Positions 48,067-57,992 are shown, numbered from the stretch's first letter. The stretch: DNA of 58,963 nucleotides from Chloroflexota bacterium (GCA_036822415.1 DAISHS010000001.1:1-58963); one strand, 5' to 3'. Numbers and translations are program-made. The notes: generated by a model not told the origin, from the letters alone.

Positions 48067-48109
48067 AGGCCATGACCAGCAAGGTTGCGTCGGCAAGAAG
48101 GCGCGCCAA

Positions 48110-48556
48110 TCAGGCGCCGCTGTTGGGCCGCTCGCGATTGAGCACGGCCAGGGTCAGCCGTGACACACAGACTAACTGGTCCTGTTCATTGCTGATGCGG
48201 ATGTCCCAGATCTGCGTGGCGCCGCCGAGGTGCACCGGGCGCGCGATGCCGATCACAAAGCCGCTGCGCAGGGCGCGGATGTGGTTGGCGTTGATCTCCA
48301 GGCCGACCACCATCTTCTGGCGCGGGTCAACGCACAGCGTGCCAGCGACGCTGCCCAACGTTTCGGCCAGCGCGACGCTGGCGCCGCCGTGCAAGATACC
48401 GGCCGGCTGCACGGTACGCTCGTCCACCGGCATGCGCGCTTTGACGTAATCATCGCCCACTTCCAAAAATTCAATGCCGATGTGCTGCGACAGTGTGCGC
48501 GTGGACAGGGCGTTGAGCGCGTCCGGTGAGGCCGGTGTAAACCAGATAGGCATCAT
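48110..48556 (-). CDS. Hotdog-fold thioesterase (MenI/YdiI-like)
   Basis: QPAGILHGGASVALAETLGS, GLEINANH. Confidence 0.9.
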   Translation of the reverse strand: MMPIWFTPASPDALNALSTRTLSQHIGIEFLEVGDDYVKARMPVDERTVQPAGILHGGASVALAETLGSVAGTLCVDPRQKMVVGLEINANHIRALRSGFVIGIARPVHLGGATQIWDIRISNEQDQLVCVSRLTLAVLNRERPNSGA

Positions 48557-48576
48557 TGTTCTCCTTGAGGTTGGGA

Positions 48577-49200
48577 TCAAGCGGGTGGGCGCTGCATCTC
48601 GAAGACGACGCCCAGGGTGGCATATTCATCGCCGCCTAGCCGCGCCACCGGGCGTAGAAGATCGGCGTCTACCAGGCCATTGGGGCGCAGCAGCCCCGCG
48701 CGCACGTGAAAGTGCAGCACCCGCCCCAGCACCATCGTGTAGGTGGTGTCTTCCACCGGGATGAGCTGGCTCAGTTTGCACTCCAGCGCGACCGGCGCCG
48801 CAGCCAGGCGGGGCGGTCGCACCGTCAACGACGGCGCAGTCGCCAGCTGCGCCAGCTCGAACTCGTCCACCTCGTAGCCGTATTCACCCGAAGTGAGGTT
48901 CATGGCTGGCGCGAGGGCTTCGTCCACGATGTGCACGACGAATTCGCCCGTTTCCTGGATGTTGTGCAGCGTATCTTTAGGGCGCCCCCGGCGTTGACCG
49001 ATCGAGATCATGATCGTGGGCGGGTAATTGCCTACGCCGCCGAAGAACGAGAAGGGCGCCAGGTTGCGTGAACCCTGCGCGCCCAGCGAGGAGACCCAGG
49101 CGATGGGCCGTGGCACCAGGACACTGATCAACAGGCGATACGCATCACGGGGGCCAAGCGCTTCAGGGGTGAAAGAAAGCATCGGATAGGTTTCTACCAC
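48577..49200 (-). CDS. Flavin reductase-like FMN-binding protein
   Basis: PRPIAWVS, NLAPFSFF, KDTLHNI, ARLGG. Confidence 0.9.
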   Translation of the reverse strand: MVETYPMLSFTPEALGPRDAYRLLISVLVPRPIAWVSSLGAQGSRNLAPFSFFGGVGNYPPTIMISIGQRRGRPKDTLHNIQETGEFVVHIVDEALAPAMNLTSGEYGYEVDEFELAQLATAPSLTVRPPRLAAAPVALECKLSQLIPVEDTTYTMVLGRVLHFHVRAGLLRPNGLVDADLLRPVARLGGDEYATLGVVFEMQRPPA

Positions 49201-49298
49201 AGTGAGACCCCTTTTTCTATCTGGTCTTGACTTACTTAAATGGGCAACGTTTTCCGCCTACGTGTTTGAAGCGCAGGTTGGCAGCATTGCCAGGCCGC

Positions 49299-49985
49299 TC
49301 AAGGTGCAATGGCGTCAACCATCAGCCCCCGCACCGCCTCCACCTCATCCTCATTGATGGTGTGCCCCATACCGGCGTAGAGGCGTGTGCTGACGTCGGC
49401 GCCCAGACTGCGCAGGATCGCGGCGCTTGCCAGCACTCGGGCTTGGGGAATGTGCGGATCCACGTCGCTGCAGCCCAGGAAAATCGGCGTGCCGGCCAAC
49501 GTCCCACGATCCGTACGCGGCGCGTCGTCAGGGCCGATCAAGCCGCCGCTGAGGCCGGCCACGCCGCCGTAACGCCGGGCATGGCGGGCCACAAATTCCA
49601 GGGCTAGACAGGCGCCCTGTGAAAACCCGACCAGCAGCGTGCGCGTCGCCGGGATGCCGTTGGCCTCCAGGAAGGCCAGAAGATCGCTGAGCACCGCCAG
49701 TCCGGAGGTGATGCCCGGCTCGTTGCGGGCCAGGGGCGATAGAAAGGAGGCGGGATACCAGGTGGACGCGGCCGCCTGCGGCGCCAGGTAGGTAAACGCG
49801 GGATCTTCCAGCACAGGCGCGAGGGTCAAAATATCCTGGGCTGTGGCCCCGCGGCCATGCACCAGCAGCATCGCGGCGCGGGCCTGCGCCAACGGCGCGC
49901 CCAGGGCGTAAATCGGCTGCCCCTGGTGCGGACCAGGCACGCGCGTGGTCACGGGAATCGTCAGTCGGGTCGTGCTCATGTTCAT
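49299..49985 (-). CDS. Phospholipase/carboxylesterase family hydrolase
   Basis: VHGRG, GFSQGA, DPHIP, GMGH. Confidence 0.9.
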   Translation of the reverse strand: MNMSTTRLTIPVTTRVPGPHQGQPIYALGAPLAQARAAMLLVHGRGATAQDILTLAPVLEDPAFTYLAPQAAASTWYPASFLSPLARNEPGITSGLAVLSDLLAFLEANGIPATRTLLVGFSQGACLALEFVARHARRYGGVAGLSGGLIGPDDAPRTDRGTLAGTPIFLGCSDVDPHIPQARVLASAAILRSLGADVSTRLYAGMGHTINEDEVEAVRGLMVDAIAP

Positions 49986-49997
49986 CGGTTCAGGCTC

Positions 49998-51080
49998 CTA
50001 CGCAGGCGGCGCCCAGGTCGGTGCGCTGACCGGTCGCAGGACGCCTTGAATCTCGGCGCGGTGCGATTCGAGCCACGGCGGCAGGCGCAGTTGGCGCCCC
50101 AAGTGCGCCGCATCCTCGTCCACCGCAAAGCCAGGCCCGCGCGTGGCTAACTCGACGATATGTCCATCGGGATCGTTGGTGTAGATGCTCTTGAAGTAGA
50201 TGCGATCCATGACGGGCGAAACCCGGAACCCGGCCTGCATGATCTTCTCGCGCCAGGCCAGCTGCGTGGCCTCATCGGGCACGGCCAGGGCAAAATGGTG
50301 CGTTTGCCCGACGCCCATGCGCGCACGGCGCACGTGTCGTGGGTTGCGTTCGAGATAGGAGATGAGTGTGCCGGGGGCGCCGTCGCCCACGCCCCAGGTC
50401 CAGTGCGCGGACGCGGGATCATCGAAGTCCGCGGTCATCTTGACCCGGCGCATGCCCAGGAGATCACCGAAGAAGGCGTGGGTGCGCTGAATATCAGCAC
50501 TGAACGCGCTGATATGGTGCATGCCACGGCTGAGCGCCATCGCGGCGCGGATCACCGGCACAGGCTCCGGCCAGGTCGCGGCCTCGCTTTGCGCCTCATC
50601 GCGCGGCTGGCTGATCTGGTTGACCAGCGGCGGGCGCACGGTGCGCCCCAGGTCAGCCGCGGCCTCATCCACGGTCCAGCCAGGCCCCACGGTGGCAATT
50701 TCCAGGATCGTGCCATCGGGGTCACGGAAAGTGATGGACTTGAAGTAGCGCCGGTCGAAGGGGCCTCTCACCGCCACGCCGGCATCGGTCAGGCGGCGTT
50801 TCCATTGCAGCAGGCCCGGCTCGTCCGCCACCTGCAAAGCAACGTGATGCGTGCCGCCAATGCCGGGCGCGCCAGGGGGAGCGTTGCGCCACTCAAAAAA
50901 GGTGATGGCCGTGGCCGGCCGGCCCAGTTCATCGCCAAAGTAGAGGTGATAGCTGTCGGGGTCATCGAAATTGACCGTCAATTTGACCAGGCGCAGGCCG
51001 AGCAGGCCGGCGTAGAAGTCAATCGTGCGCTGCGCATCAGCGCAGACAATCGTGATGTGATGCAGACCGAGAATCGTCAT
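49998..51080 (-). CDS. Ring-cleaving dioxygenase, VOC superfamily (MhqO/PcpA-like)
   Basis: GLHHIT, KLTVNFDDP, HHVA, DRRYFKSI, EIAT, each repeated in the second half. Confidence 0.88.
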   Translation of the reverse strand: MTILGLHHITIVCADAQRTIDFYAGLLGLRLVKLTVNFDDPDSYHLYFGDELGRPATAITFFEWRNAPPGAPGIGGTHHVALQVADEPGLLQWKRRLTDAGVAVRGPFDRRYFKSITFRDPDGTILEIATVGPGWTVDEAAADLGRTVRPPLVNQISQPRDEAQSEAATWPEPVPVIRAAMALSRGMHHISAFSADIQRTHAFFGDLLGMRRVKMTADFDDPASAHWTWGVGDGAPGTLISYLERNPRHVRRARMGVGQTHHFALAVPDEATQLAWREKIMQAGFRVSPVMDRIYFKSIYTNDPDGHIVELATRGPGFAVDEDAAHLGRQLRLPPWLESHRAEIQGVLRPVSAPTWAPPA

Positions 51081-51360
51081 TCCTAACTCCTGTAGGGTCT
51101 AGCGCTTTTGTAACAATGGTTGTGCATCAACAATGTTTTATACCTTCAACACAGCAACGTCTCCTGCATCGAACGCGGGTGGTCGCCAAATATCACCACG
51201 CCTATTGTAGTTGATAATCGCTTGGCTGGCAATCGGCTTAGCGTGCAAGGGCGCAACCGGCCGGGCGCAGGGCGCGCTGATTCCAGGCGCACCGGGCGCG
51301 CCTCTGCGGGCGCGCCGGAGCCCCTGGCTCAGATCGTGGATTCAAACTTTTTCTATCAGC

Positions 51361-53310
51361 CTACTCGACCTGGTACGGCACGTCGGTGATGACGATGCCG
51401 CGCTTGAAGAGCAGCGCCATGCGCAGCATGAACGCGGTCTGTGCGTGCAGCGCGTTGGCCCACCAGTGTTTGGGCACAAACTGAGGCACGATAATTGACA
51501 TGACTTCGTTGGGCTGACGTTGCGCATCCACTTTGTTGATGTAGGCCAGCAGCGGCTCGATGAGGAGCCGGTAGGGCGAATCGAGGATCACTAGCCGCAC
51601 GCCTTCGCCCCAGGTCTCCCATTTGCGCCGCACTTTTTCGGCCTCGGCCGCATCGAGCGCCACATGCACCGCGGTGACGTCGCGCGAAAGGGCCTTGGCG
51701 TAGGCGAGCGCGGCCAGCGAGCCGCGATGCACGCCGCCGATGGGCACGATGACGCGGTGGCGGCCCACACGCGGCGGGGCGCCGTAGTCCTCCAGCGATA
51801 ACTGCCTGGCCAGCCGCTTGTAATGATAGTGAATGCGAAAGAAAATCAAGACGAGCGTCGGCACCAGGATGACGATGATCCAGGCGCCGTCGCGGAACTT
51901 CGTGATCGTGAAAACGAACATGACGATGAGCGTGGCCACGGAGCCAACCCCGTTGATCGCCATCTTGAGCTGCCAGCCAGGCTCATAACGCAGCGTCGAG
52001 CCAGGATCTTTGATCTCTGCGCCCGGCGCCAGGTGGCCGACGCGCCACCAGCGGCGGGCCATACCGGCCTGCGACAGGGTAAACGACAGGAACACGCCGA
52101 TCGCGTACAGCGGAATCAGCGCCGTCACGCTGGCATTGAAGATCACGATCAAGCAGGATGCCACCAGCGCCAGCGCCAGGATGCCGCGCGAGTAAACCAG
52201 CCGGCTGCCTTTGTGCATCAGCTGCTTGGGCAGAAATCCGTCGCCCGCGTGCAGCGCGCCCAGGCGGGGAAAGTCGGCAAACGAGGTGTTGGCGGCCATG
52301 ATCAGGATCAGCGTCGTGGCCACGATCGTGGCCAGGTAGAGCGCCCCACGCTCGCCGTAGGCCGTGCGCGCCAGCTGCGAAATCACCGTTTCGCTCTCCG
52401 AGGGGATGGCGCCGATCTTGCCGGCCAGGAAGGTGATGGCCAGCAGCAGTGTGCCCAGGATGGTGGACATCCAGATCAGTGTGACGCCTGCGTTGTGGCT
52501 TTTCGGTTCGCGGAACGCGGTAATGCCATTGGAGATCGCCTCCACGCCGGTGAGGGCGGTGGTGCCGCTGGCGAAGGCCTTGAGAATCAGGAACAAAGAT
52601 ATGGCCTGCATCTCGTGCATCATTTCCAGCGGCGGCGGATTGACGACTCCGCCCAGGCCGCCGGTCAGGTAGCGGATCATGCCCACGATGACGGTCACGA
52701 ACATCATGAGCAGGAAGAAGTAGGAAGGAACGGCAAAGGTCGCGCCCGATTCCTTGACCCCGCGCAGGTTGACCAGCATCACGAGGAAGACGAGCGCGAC
52801 CGAGATTTCTACCCGGTAGGCGTAGAGCGCCGGGAAGGCTGAAACGATCTGCGCGACGCCGGACGAGATCGAGACAGCGACGGTCAGGATATAGTCGGTG
52901 AGCAGCGCCGCGCCGGCCGTCTGCGCCGGCAGCTCCCCCAGGTTGTCGCGCGCCACGATGTACGCGCCGCCGCCGCCGGGATACGCGTGAATGGTCTGCT
53001 CGTAGGAAATGGTCAGGATGATCAACAGGGCGGCAATGGCCAGCGAGATCGGGAAAGCGAGCGTGAACGCGCCTGTCCCTGCGATGGCCAGGATAAGTAA
53101 AATTTCCTGGGTCGCGTACGCGGTGGACGAGAGCGCGTCCGACGCAAAGACGGCCAGCCCGATCGCCTTGCCGATCGCCTGGTGGGGCGCATCGGCCGTG
53201 GCCAGCGGACGGCCGATCAGCCAGGTGCGCCATGAACGCACCGGCTGATAATTAGCGTCCACGTAAATGAGCGCGGGGTTGGGATTCGATTGCGCCTCAA
53301 TAATCGCCAT
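51361..53310 (-). CDS. kimA: APC-superfamily KimA-like K+ transporter (start uncertain)
   Basis: SDALSSTAY, GGGAYIVA..NLG, TGVEAISNG, LIPLYAIGVF; C-terminal SPYR..LH.QTA cytosolic domain. Confidence 0.75.
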   Translation of the reverse strand: MAIIEAQSNPNPALIYVDANYQPVRSWRTWLIGRPLATADAPHQAIGKAIGLAVFASDALSSTAYATQEILLILAIAGTGAFTLAFPISLAIAALLIILTISYEQTIHAYPGGGGAYIVARDNLGELPAQTAGAALLTDYILTVAVSISSGVAQIVSAFPALYAYRVEISVALVFLVMLVNLRGVKESGATFAVPSYFFLLMMFVTVIVGMIRYLTGGLGGVVNPPPLEMMHEMQAISLFLILKAFASGTTALTGVEAISNGITAFREPKSHNAGVTLIWMSTILGTLLLAITFLAGKIGAIPSESETVISQLARTAYGERGALYLATIVATTLILIMAANTSFADFPRLGALHAGDGFLPKQLMHKGSRLVYSRGILALALVASCLIVIFNASVTALIPLYAIGVFLSFTLSQAGMARRWWRVGHLAPGAEIKDPGSTLRYEPGWQLKMAINGVGSVATLIVMFVFTITKFRDGAWIIVILVPTLVLIFFRIHYHYKRLARQLSLEDYGAPPRVGRHRVIVPIGGVHRGSLAALAYAKALSRDVTAVHVALDAAEAEKVRRKWETWGEGVRLVILDSPYRLLIEPLLAYINKVDAQRQPNEVMSIIVPQFVPKHWWANALHAQTAFMLRMALLFKRGIVITDVPYQVE

Positions 53311-53381
53311 GATTTTCACCATCCTTGTCACCCAATCGCGCGGGCACAGGCATGCGCGCCCGCGGTTGACGAACCAGAGTG

Positions 53382-53445
53382 ATCCTACTCTCGCCGGCGG
53401 CGGGCGTCAAGGGTTTTGGGGCCAAATTGACCTTTCCTTGACGCC
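53382..53445 (-). promoter_or_regulatory. Promoter of the KimA-like gene with an overlapping inverted repeat (candidate KdpE site)
   Basis: Minus strand TTGACG-17 nt-TAGGAT; GGCGTCAAGG (53403-53412) / CCTTGACGCC (53436-53445). Confidence 0.55.
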
Positions 53446-53609
53446 ACGGTTGTCTTTCTTGTCGCTCAGTTGATGCGTTTGCGCCTATGCTTGGGCGAGG
53501 ACGTTACGCTTCTGCGCGCCCCGTGGCACGTTTCCGCCGGGTGGGTGAATGTTGAACCTGGCGCTGGATGGAGTAGAATAGACCACAGACAACTGGCTTG
53601 AGGGGAAAC

Positions 53610-55172
53610 GTGCGCACTGATTTTGCGTCTATCAACAGCGAAAACGATTGGCTCCCATCACAAGCTGCGGCGCGCCGAAAACGGCTTCGCTATCTCTGGA
53701 GCCTTGTGCTGGTCGGGGGCGTCACCGCCCTGGGCTGGCCGATCCACCGCTTGATCTCGCCCACCAACCTGGTGATGCTCTACCTGGCGGCCGTGGTGGT
53801 GGCCGCGCTCTACCTGGGCCGCGGCCCTGCCCTGTTGACCTCCGCGCTGGGCGTGCTGGCGTTTGACTTTTTCCTGATCGAGCCGCGTTTCACCTTGACC
53901 GTCGCCGATACGGAGTACGTTTTCACCTTCATCGGACTGTTCTTCGTGGGCCTGGTGATCAGCTCGCTGGCCGCGCGCTCAAGCGAGCAGGCCGCGGCCG
54001 CGCGGCGGCGCGAAGCGCAAGCCGTCGCCCTGTATGAGCTTAGCCGCGATCTCGCCTCCGCCAGCGACCTGGACGACATCGTGCATGTCGTTATGCGCCA
54101 CGTCAACCAGACCTTCAGCCGCGCCGCGGTCATTCTGCTGCCGGTGGGCGACCATTTGCGGCCGCGCGGTCTGAGCGAGGCCCAGGCGCTCGATGAGAGC
54201 GAGCTGGCGGCTGCGAGCTGGACCTTCGAGCAGGGACAGCCGGCCGGTCGCGGCACGAACACCCTGGCGACCGCGCGCGTGCGCTACTTGCCGCTGCAAA
54301 CGGCGCGCGGCGTGATTGGCGTTTTGGGCGTGCAGCCGCTCGATCCTGACTCCCACCTGGCCCCGGACCAGCAGCGGCTGCTGGCAGTCTTTGCCAGTCA
54401 GGCGGCGTTGGCGATCGAGCGCGCGGAGCTGGCCGCGCAGGCCCAGCAGGCGCGCCTGTCGCAGGCGACGGAAGAACTGCAGCGCGCCCTGCTTCATTCC
54501 ATCTCGCACGACCTGCGCACGCCGCTGGTTTCGATCACCGGCACGCTGACCAGCCTGGAGGAAGAAGGCGCCCATCTCGAAGACGCCGCGCAGCGCAGCC
54601 TGATCACGATGGCGCGCGAGGAGGCGGACCGCCTCAATCACCTGGTGGGCAACCTGCTGGACATGACGCGCATCGAGGCTGGCGCGCTGCGCGCCAGCCC
54701 GGAGCCGTGCGACATCCAGGAAGTGGTCAGCGCAGCCCTCGACCGCCTGGGCAGCCGCCTGGAAGACCGGCCGCTCGTGCTAGAGACGCCATCGCTGCTG
54801 CTGCCGATGGATTTTGCCCTGATGGTGCAGGTGCTGGTCAACCTGCTGGAGAACGCGCTGAAATACTCGCCGCCGCGCACGCCGATCGCGGTCACTGCGC
54901 AAGTCACGGGGGGCGCGCTGCAGATTTCGGTCTGCGATCGCGGCGATGGGGTTCCGGAGGAAGACCTGGAGCGCATCTTCGACAAGTTCTATCGCGTGCA
55001 GCGCCTGCCACGCGTCAGCGGAACCGGTCTGGGGCTGGCTATTTGTCGGGGCATCGTGCAAAGTCACGGCGGCCGCATCTGGGCGCAAAACCGTCCCGGC
55101 GGCGGCCTGGCCATCACCCTGGCGTTGCCCTGCGCGCCGGCAGCGCCGAGCATGAGGAGTGAATCAGCATGA
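53610..55172 (+). CDS. kdpD: Short-form KdpD-like sensor kinase (DUF4118 + GAF + HK; no N-terminal KdpD or USP domain)
   Basis: NLVMLYL, FDFFLIEPRFT, AGRGTNTL, SISHDLRTPL, NLLDMTRI, GTGLGLAI. Confidence 0.85.
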   Translation: MRTDFASINSENDWLPSQAAARRKRLRYLWSLVLVGGVTALGWPIHRLISPTNLVMLYLAAVVVAALYLGRGPALLTSALGVLAFDFFLIEPRFTLTVADTEYVFTFIGLFFVGLVISSLAARSSEQAAAARRREAQAVALYELSRDLASASDLDDIVHVVMRHVNQTFSRAAVILLPVGDHLRPRGLSEAQALDESELAAASWTFEQGQPAGRGTNTLATARVRYLPLQTARGVIGVLGVQPLDPDSHLAPDQQRLLAVFASQAALAIERAELAAQAQQARLSQATEELQRALLHSISHDLRTPLVSITGTLTSLEEEGAHLEDAAQRSLITMAREEADRLNHLVGNLLDMTRIEAGALRASPEPCDIQEVVSAALDRLGSRLEDRPLVLETPSLLLPMDFALMVQVLVNLLENALKYSPPRTPIAVTAQVTGGALQISVCDRGDGVPEEDLERIFDKFYRVQRLPRVSGTGLGLAICRGIVQSHGGRIWAQNRPGGGLAITLALPCAPAAPSMRSESA

Positions 55173-55861
55173 GCGAGAGTGGGCCACGCGTGTTAGTGGT
55201 GGATGATGAGCCGGCCATCCGTCGTTTCCTGCACACCGCCCTGGCCGGGCACGGCTACAGTCTGTTCGAAGCCAGCAGCGGGCAGGAGGGGCTGTCCGCG
55301 GTCGTCGCCCACCGCCCCGACCTGGTGCTCCTGGACCTCGGCCTGCCGGACATGGACGGCATCGAGGTCACGCGGCGGCTGCGCGAGTGGACGCAGATAC
55401 CGATCATTATCGTGACGGTGCAGGAACAGGAAGCGGCCAAGGTGGCGGCCCTGGACATGGGCGCCGATGACTACGTGACCAAGCCCTTCGGCATGGGCGA
55501 ACTGCTGGCGCGGATGCGCGTGGCCTTGCGCCGCGCCAGCGCGCCGGCTGTGGCTCCGGTTTTCACCTCGGGCAGTCTGACGATGGACCTGGCGCGCCGC
55601 CTGGTGACGGTTGCTGGCCGCGAAGTGCAGCTGACGCCGACCGAATACGACCTGCTGCGCGTCCTGGTCGTGCATGCCGGCAAGGTGCTGACGCACCGGC
55701 AGCTGCTGCGGCAGGTGTGGGGTTCGGGCTATGAGGGCGAGACGCACCTGCTGCGCGTGAACATGAGCAACCTGCGCCACAAGCTGGAGCCGGACGCGGC
55801 GCGCCCGCAGCTCATCCTGACAGAGCCTGGCGTAGGGTATCGGCTGCACGTGGCGGCGTAA
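55169..55861 (+). CDS. kdpE: KdpE-like response regulator
   Basis: LDLGLPDMDG, HAGKVLTHRQLL, TEPGVGYR; ATGA overlap with kdpD. Confidence 0.9.
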   Translation: MSESGPRVLVVDDEPAIRRFLHTALAGHGYSLFEASSGQEGLSAVVAHRPDLVLLDLGLPDMDGIEVTRRLREWTQIPIIIVTVQEQEAAKVAALDMGADDYVTKPFGMGELLARMRVALRRASAPAVAPVFTSGSLTMDLARRLVTVAGREVQLTPTEYDLLRVLVVHAGKVLTHRQLLRQVWGSGYEGETHLLRVNMSNLRHKLEPDAARPQLILTEPGVGYRLHVAA

Positions 55862-55937
55862 CAGCCTATGGCGAACCGACTGCCTTTACGTGGCGGCAGA
55901 GGTCTTTCGTCCTGCGCGCGTTTCAACGCAAGCCGTG

Positions 55938-56327
55938 TCAAACCCCTGGCTGCACGAGATTGATGAGATTCCCGCAGGTGTCTTCGAAGCGAACCGCCGT
56001 GATAGGCCCCATGGCCTGCGGCTCGCCCAGGAATTTCACGCCGCGGGACTTGAGGCGCGCCACCTCGGCGCTGATGTTCTGGGTGATGAACGCGGCGGCA
56101 GGAATGCCGGCGTCAAAGAGCGCCTTCTGATAGGCGCGCGCCGGTTCGAAGCCCAGCGGCTCGAGCACGAGCTCAACCCCTTCCATCCCGTCTGGTGACG
56201 TGACGGTGAGCCACCGATACTCGCCCATCGGGAGGTCAGCCATTTTCTCGAAGCCAAGAACCGTCGTGTAGAACTGCAGGGCGCGCGCCTGGTCTTCAAC
56301 CAGGACGCTTATGAATTTTAGTTGCAT
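55938..56327 (-). CDS. VOC/glyoxalase family protein
   Basis: VEDQARALQFYT..LGF, RWLTV, FEDTCGNLI. Confidence 0.9.
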   Translation of the reverse strand: MQLKFISVLVEDQARALQFYTTVLGFEKMADLPMGEYRWLTVTSPDGMEGVELVLEPLGFEPARAYQKALFDAGIPAAAFITQNISAEVARLKSRGVKFLGEPQAMGPITAVRFEDTCGNLINLVQPGV

Positions 56328-56335
56328 AGATTCCT

Positions 56336-56788
56336 CTAGGGTCGTGCCGGTTCACGGCGCAGGGCGGGTGGAATCACCCAGGTACATTCGGTGCGGCGAA
56401 GGCCGAGCGCCAGCCAACGTTGGAACTGCTCATGCCACCTGGCAAAGAGCGCCTGCCCATGTAACGCCTTGCCGTCGCGCAAGGCCTCGAGGACCGTGAC
56501 GTGTTTGGCGGCGATCATTTCTTCCCACTCGCTCCGCATGTAGGTTTGTACCTGGATCGGGGCCAGCCGGGGGCGCAGTTGCATCAGTAAGCGAAAACGG
56601 GCGCGATGGTTGGCTGGCAGGTCGCCGCCGATCACCAGGATATCAATATCGCTGTCCTGGCGTTGAGTCCTGCGGGCGACTGAGCCAAAGAGGATGATGC
56701 AGTCTGGGTTGTAGGCAGCAGCTACAGCCTGGGCATACGCGTCAGCCCATATCGGCAACTGGCTAAGCGTCACCAATTTCTCAAGCAT
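56336..56788 (-). CDS. Minimal nucleotidyltransferase (MNT)
   Basis: ILFGSVAR...DSDIDILVI. Confidence 0.9.
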   Translation of the reverse strand: MLEKLVTLSQLPIWADAYAQAVAAAYNPDCIILFGSVARRTQRQDSDIDILVIGGDLPANHRARFRLLMQLRPRLAPIQVQTYMRSEWEEMIAAKHVTVLEALRDGKALHGQALFARWHEQFQRWLALGLRRTECTWVIPPALRREPARP

Positions 56789-57176
56789 CGAATAGTCTCT
56801 TTCTCACAAAAATCAGGACCGTTTGCGCCTCTTGCAGCGCCTCCGCAGCCGTATCCGCATCGTATTCGGCTTCAACGTCCGTGCGCGCATCAGGGTAACG
56901 TGGGCGCATGTAATGCTCATCGAGCGCTTGGGCTTCGGCTTGCGGAGTATTAGCAGGATCAATCCCGTAAACCGCACAAACCTGATCCAACAGCGAAGAA
57001 ACGCTGTGACCCCAAGGACGCTCCCCGACCTGGTAGAGCATTGCTTTGAGCCCTTTCTCTGCCGCCTGTTGACAGAAAAACGCACATGGGCCGTGCCGTC
57101 TTGAGTCGAACAAAATCACTGCGGTGTTCAGGTCGTCAGTTGCCTGGATTAGCCACCGTGTGGCAGCTTGGTTCAT
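56781..57176 (-). CDS. HEPN domain protein
   Basis: FFCQQAAEKGLKA, WGHS, LDEHYMRPRYPD; overlaps the MNT start. Confidence 0.9.
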   Translation of the reverse strand: MNQAATRWLIQATDDLNTAVILFDSRRHGPCAFFCQQAAEKGLKAMLYQVGERPWGHSVSSLLDQVCAVYGIDPANTPQAEAQALDEHYMRPRYPDARTDVEAEYDADTAAEALQEAQTVLIFVRKRLFDA

Positions 57177-57307
57177 GTCCGGTCTCCAATTTGCAGCGGA
57201 GGTGTCTACGCAATACCTGTGCGCGCTCAGGCATCGGCCAGATTATAGCCTATAACACAGCGTAGGGCAAGGAGCGCTGCGGTATCCCGACCCTTGTGCG
57301 CCTATCC

Positions 57308-57367
57308 TCACGGCATCTCGTAGGCGCCCATGTCGCACACGGCGCTGCCGTCGCCATTCCCATCCGT
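57308..57367 (-). pseudogene. C-terminal remnant of a choice-of-anchor-Q-like protein
   Basis: Minus frame reads TDGNGDGSAVCDMGAYEMP* with no upstream gene body. Confidence 0.6.
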
Positions 57368-57488
57368 GCAGGGGGGGATTGATGTGCTATTGCGCACACA
57401 TCGTTCGGATTTGCACCGGGCTTACTGTTTATTGATTCGCACACCTGTACGATGAGCTATCTCAAGCACCTGCAAAGGAGAGGTCACC

Positions 57489-57962
57489 ATGCCAAAGATC
57501 ACCCCTTACCTGTGGTTCGACCACCAGGCCGAAGAGGCGATGAACTTCTACGTCTCGCTGTTCAAGGATTCCGAGATCCTGAGCGTGTCGCGCTACGACG
57601 TGGACGCGCCGGGGTCGCCGGGAGCGGTGCTGACCGCCACCTTCCGGCTTGCCGGTCAGGAGTTCATGGCGCTCAACGGCGGCCCGCACTTCCAGTTCAC
57701 CGAGGCCATCTCGCTCTTCGTCAACTGCGAGACGCAGGAGGAAGTGGACGAGCTGTGGGCGAAGCTCGCGGAAGGGGGCGAAGTGCAGCAGTGCGGCTGG
57801 CTGAAGGATCGCTACGGCCTCTCGTGGCAGATCGTACCGACCGCGCTGGGCGAGATGCTCGGCGATCCGGATCCCCAGAAAGCGCAGCGCGTCATGCAGG
57901 CGATGCTGCAAATGCGCAAGCTCGACATCGCCGCCTTGCGTCGCGCCTACGATGCGGCATGA
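57489..57962 (+). CDS. PhnB-like VOC protein (3-demethylubiquinone-9 3-methyltransferase family)
   Basis: [28 protein letters not shown]. Confidence 0.92.
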   Translation: MPKITPYLWFDHQAEEAMNFYVSLFKDSEILSVSRYDVDAPGSPGAVLTATFRLAGQEFMALNGGPHFQFTEAISLFVNCETQEEVDELWAKLAEGGEVQQCGWLKDRYGLSWQIVPTALGEMLGDPDPQKAQRVMQAMLQMRKLDIAALRRAYDAA

Positions 57963-57992
57963 TCCCTGGATGAGGACTGACGGAGGACGGCG

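Noticed and set aside
604..53233. Many long alternative-frame ORFs (e.g. 604-1815, 6156-7328, 29358-30410, 35697-36899, 51983-53233)
   Set aside because: They overlap well-supported genes, lack motifs and RBSs, and are expected shadow ORFs in high-GC DNA
53311..53600. c-di-AMP (ydaO) riboswitch before the KimA-like gene
   Set aside because: The predicted promoter leaves only a ~65-nt leader and no ydaO consensus is visible
55856..55937. attC-like site after kdpE (GCGTAAC...)
   Set aside because: No complementary L boxes or terminal GTTRRRY
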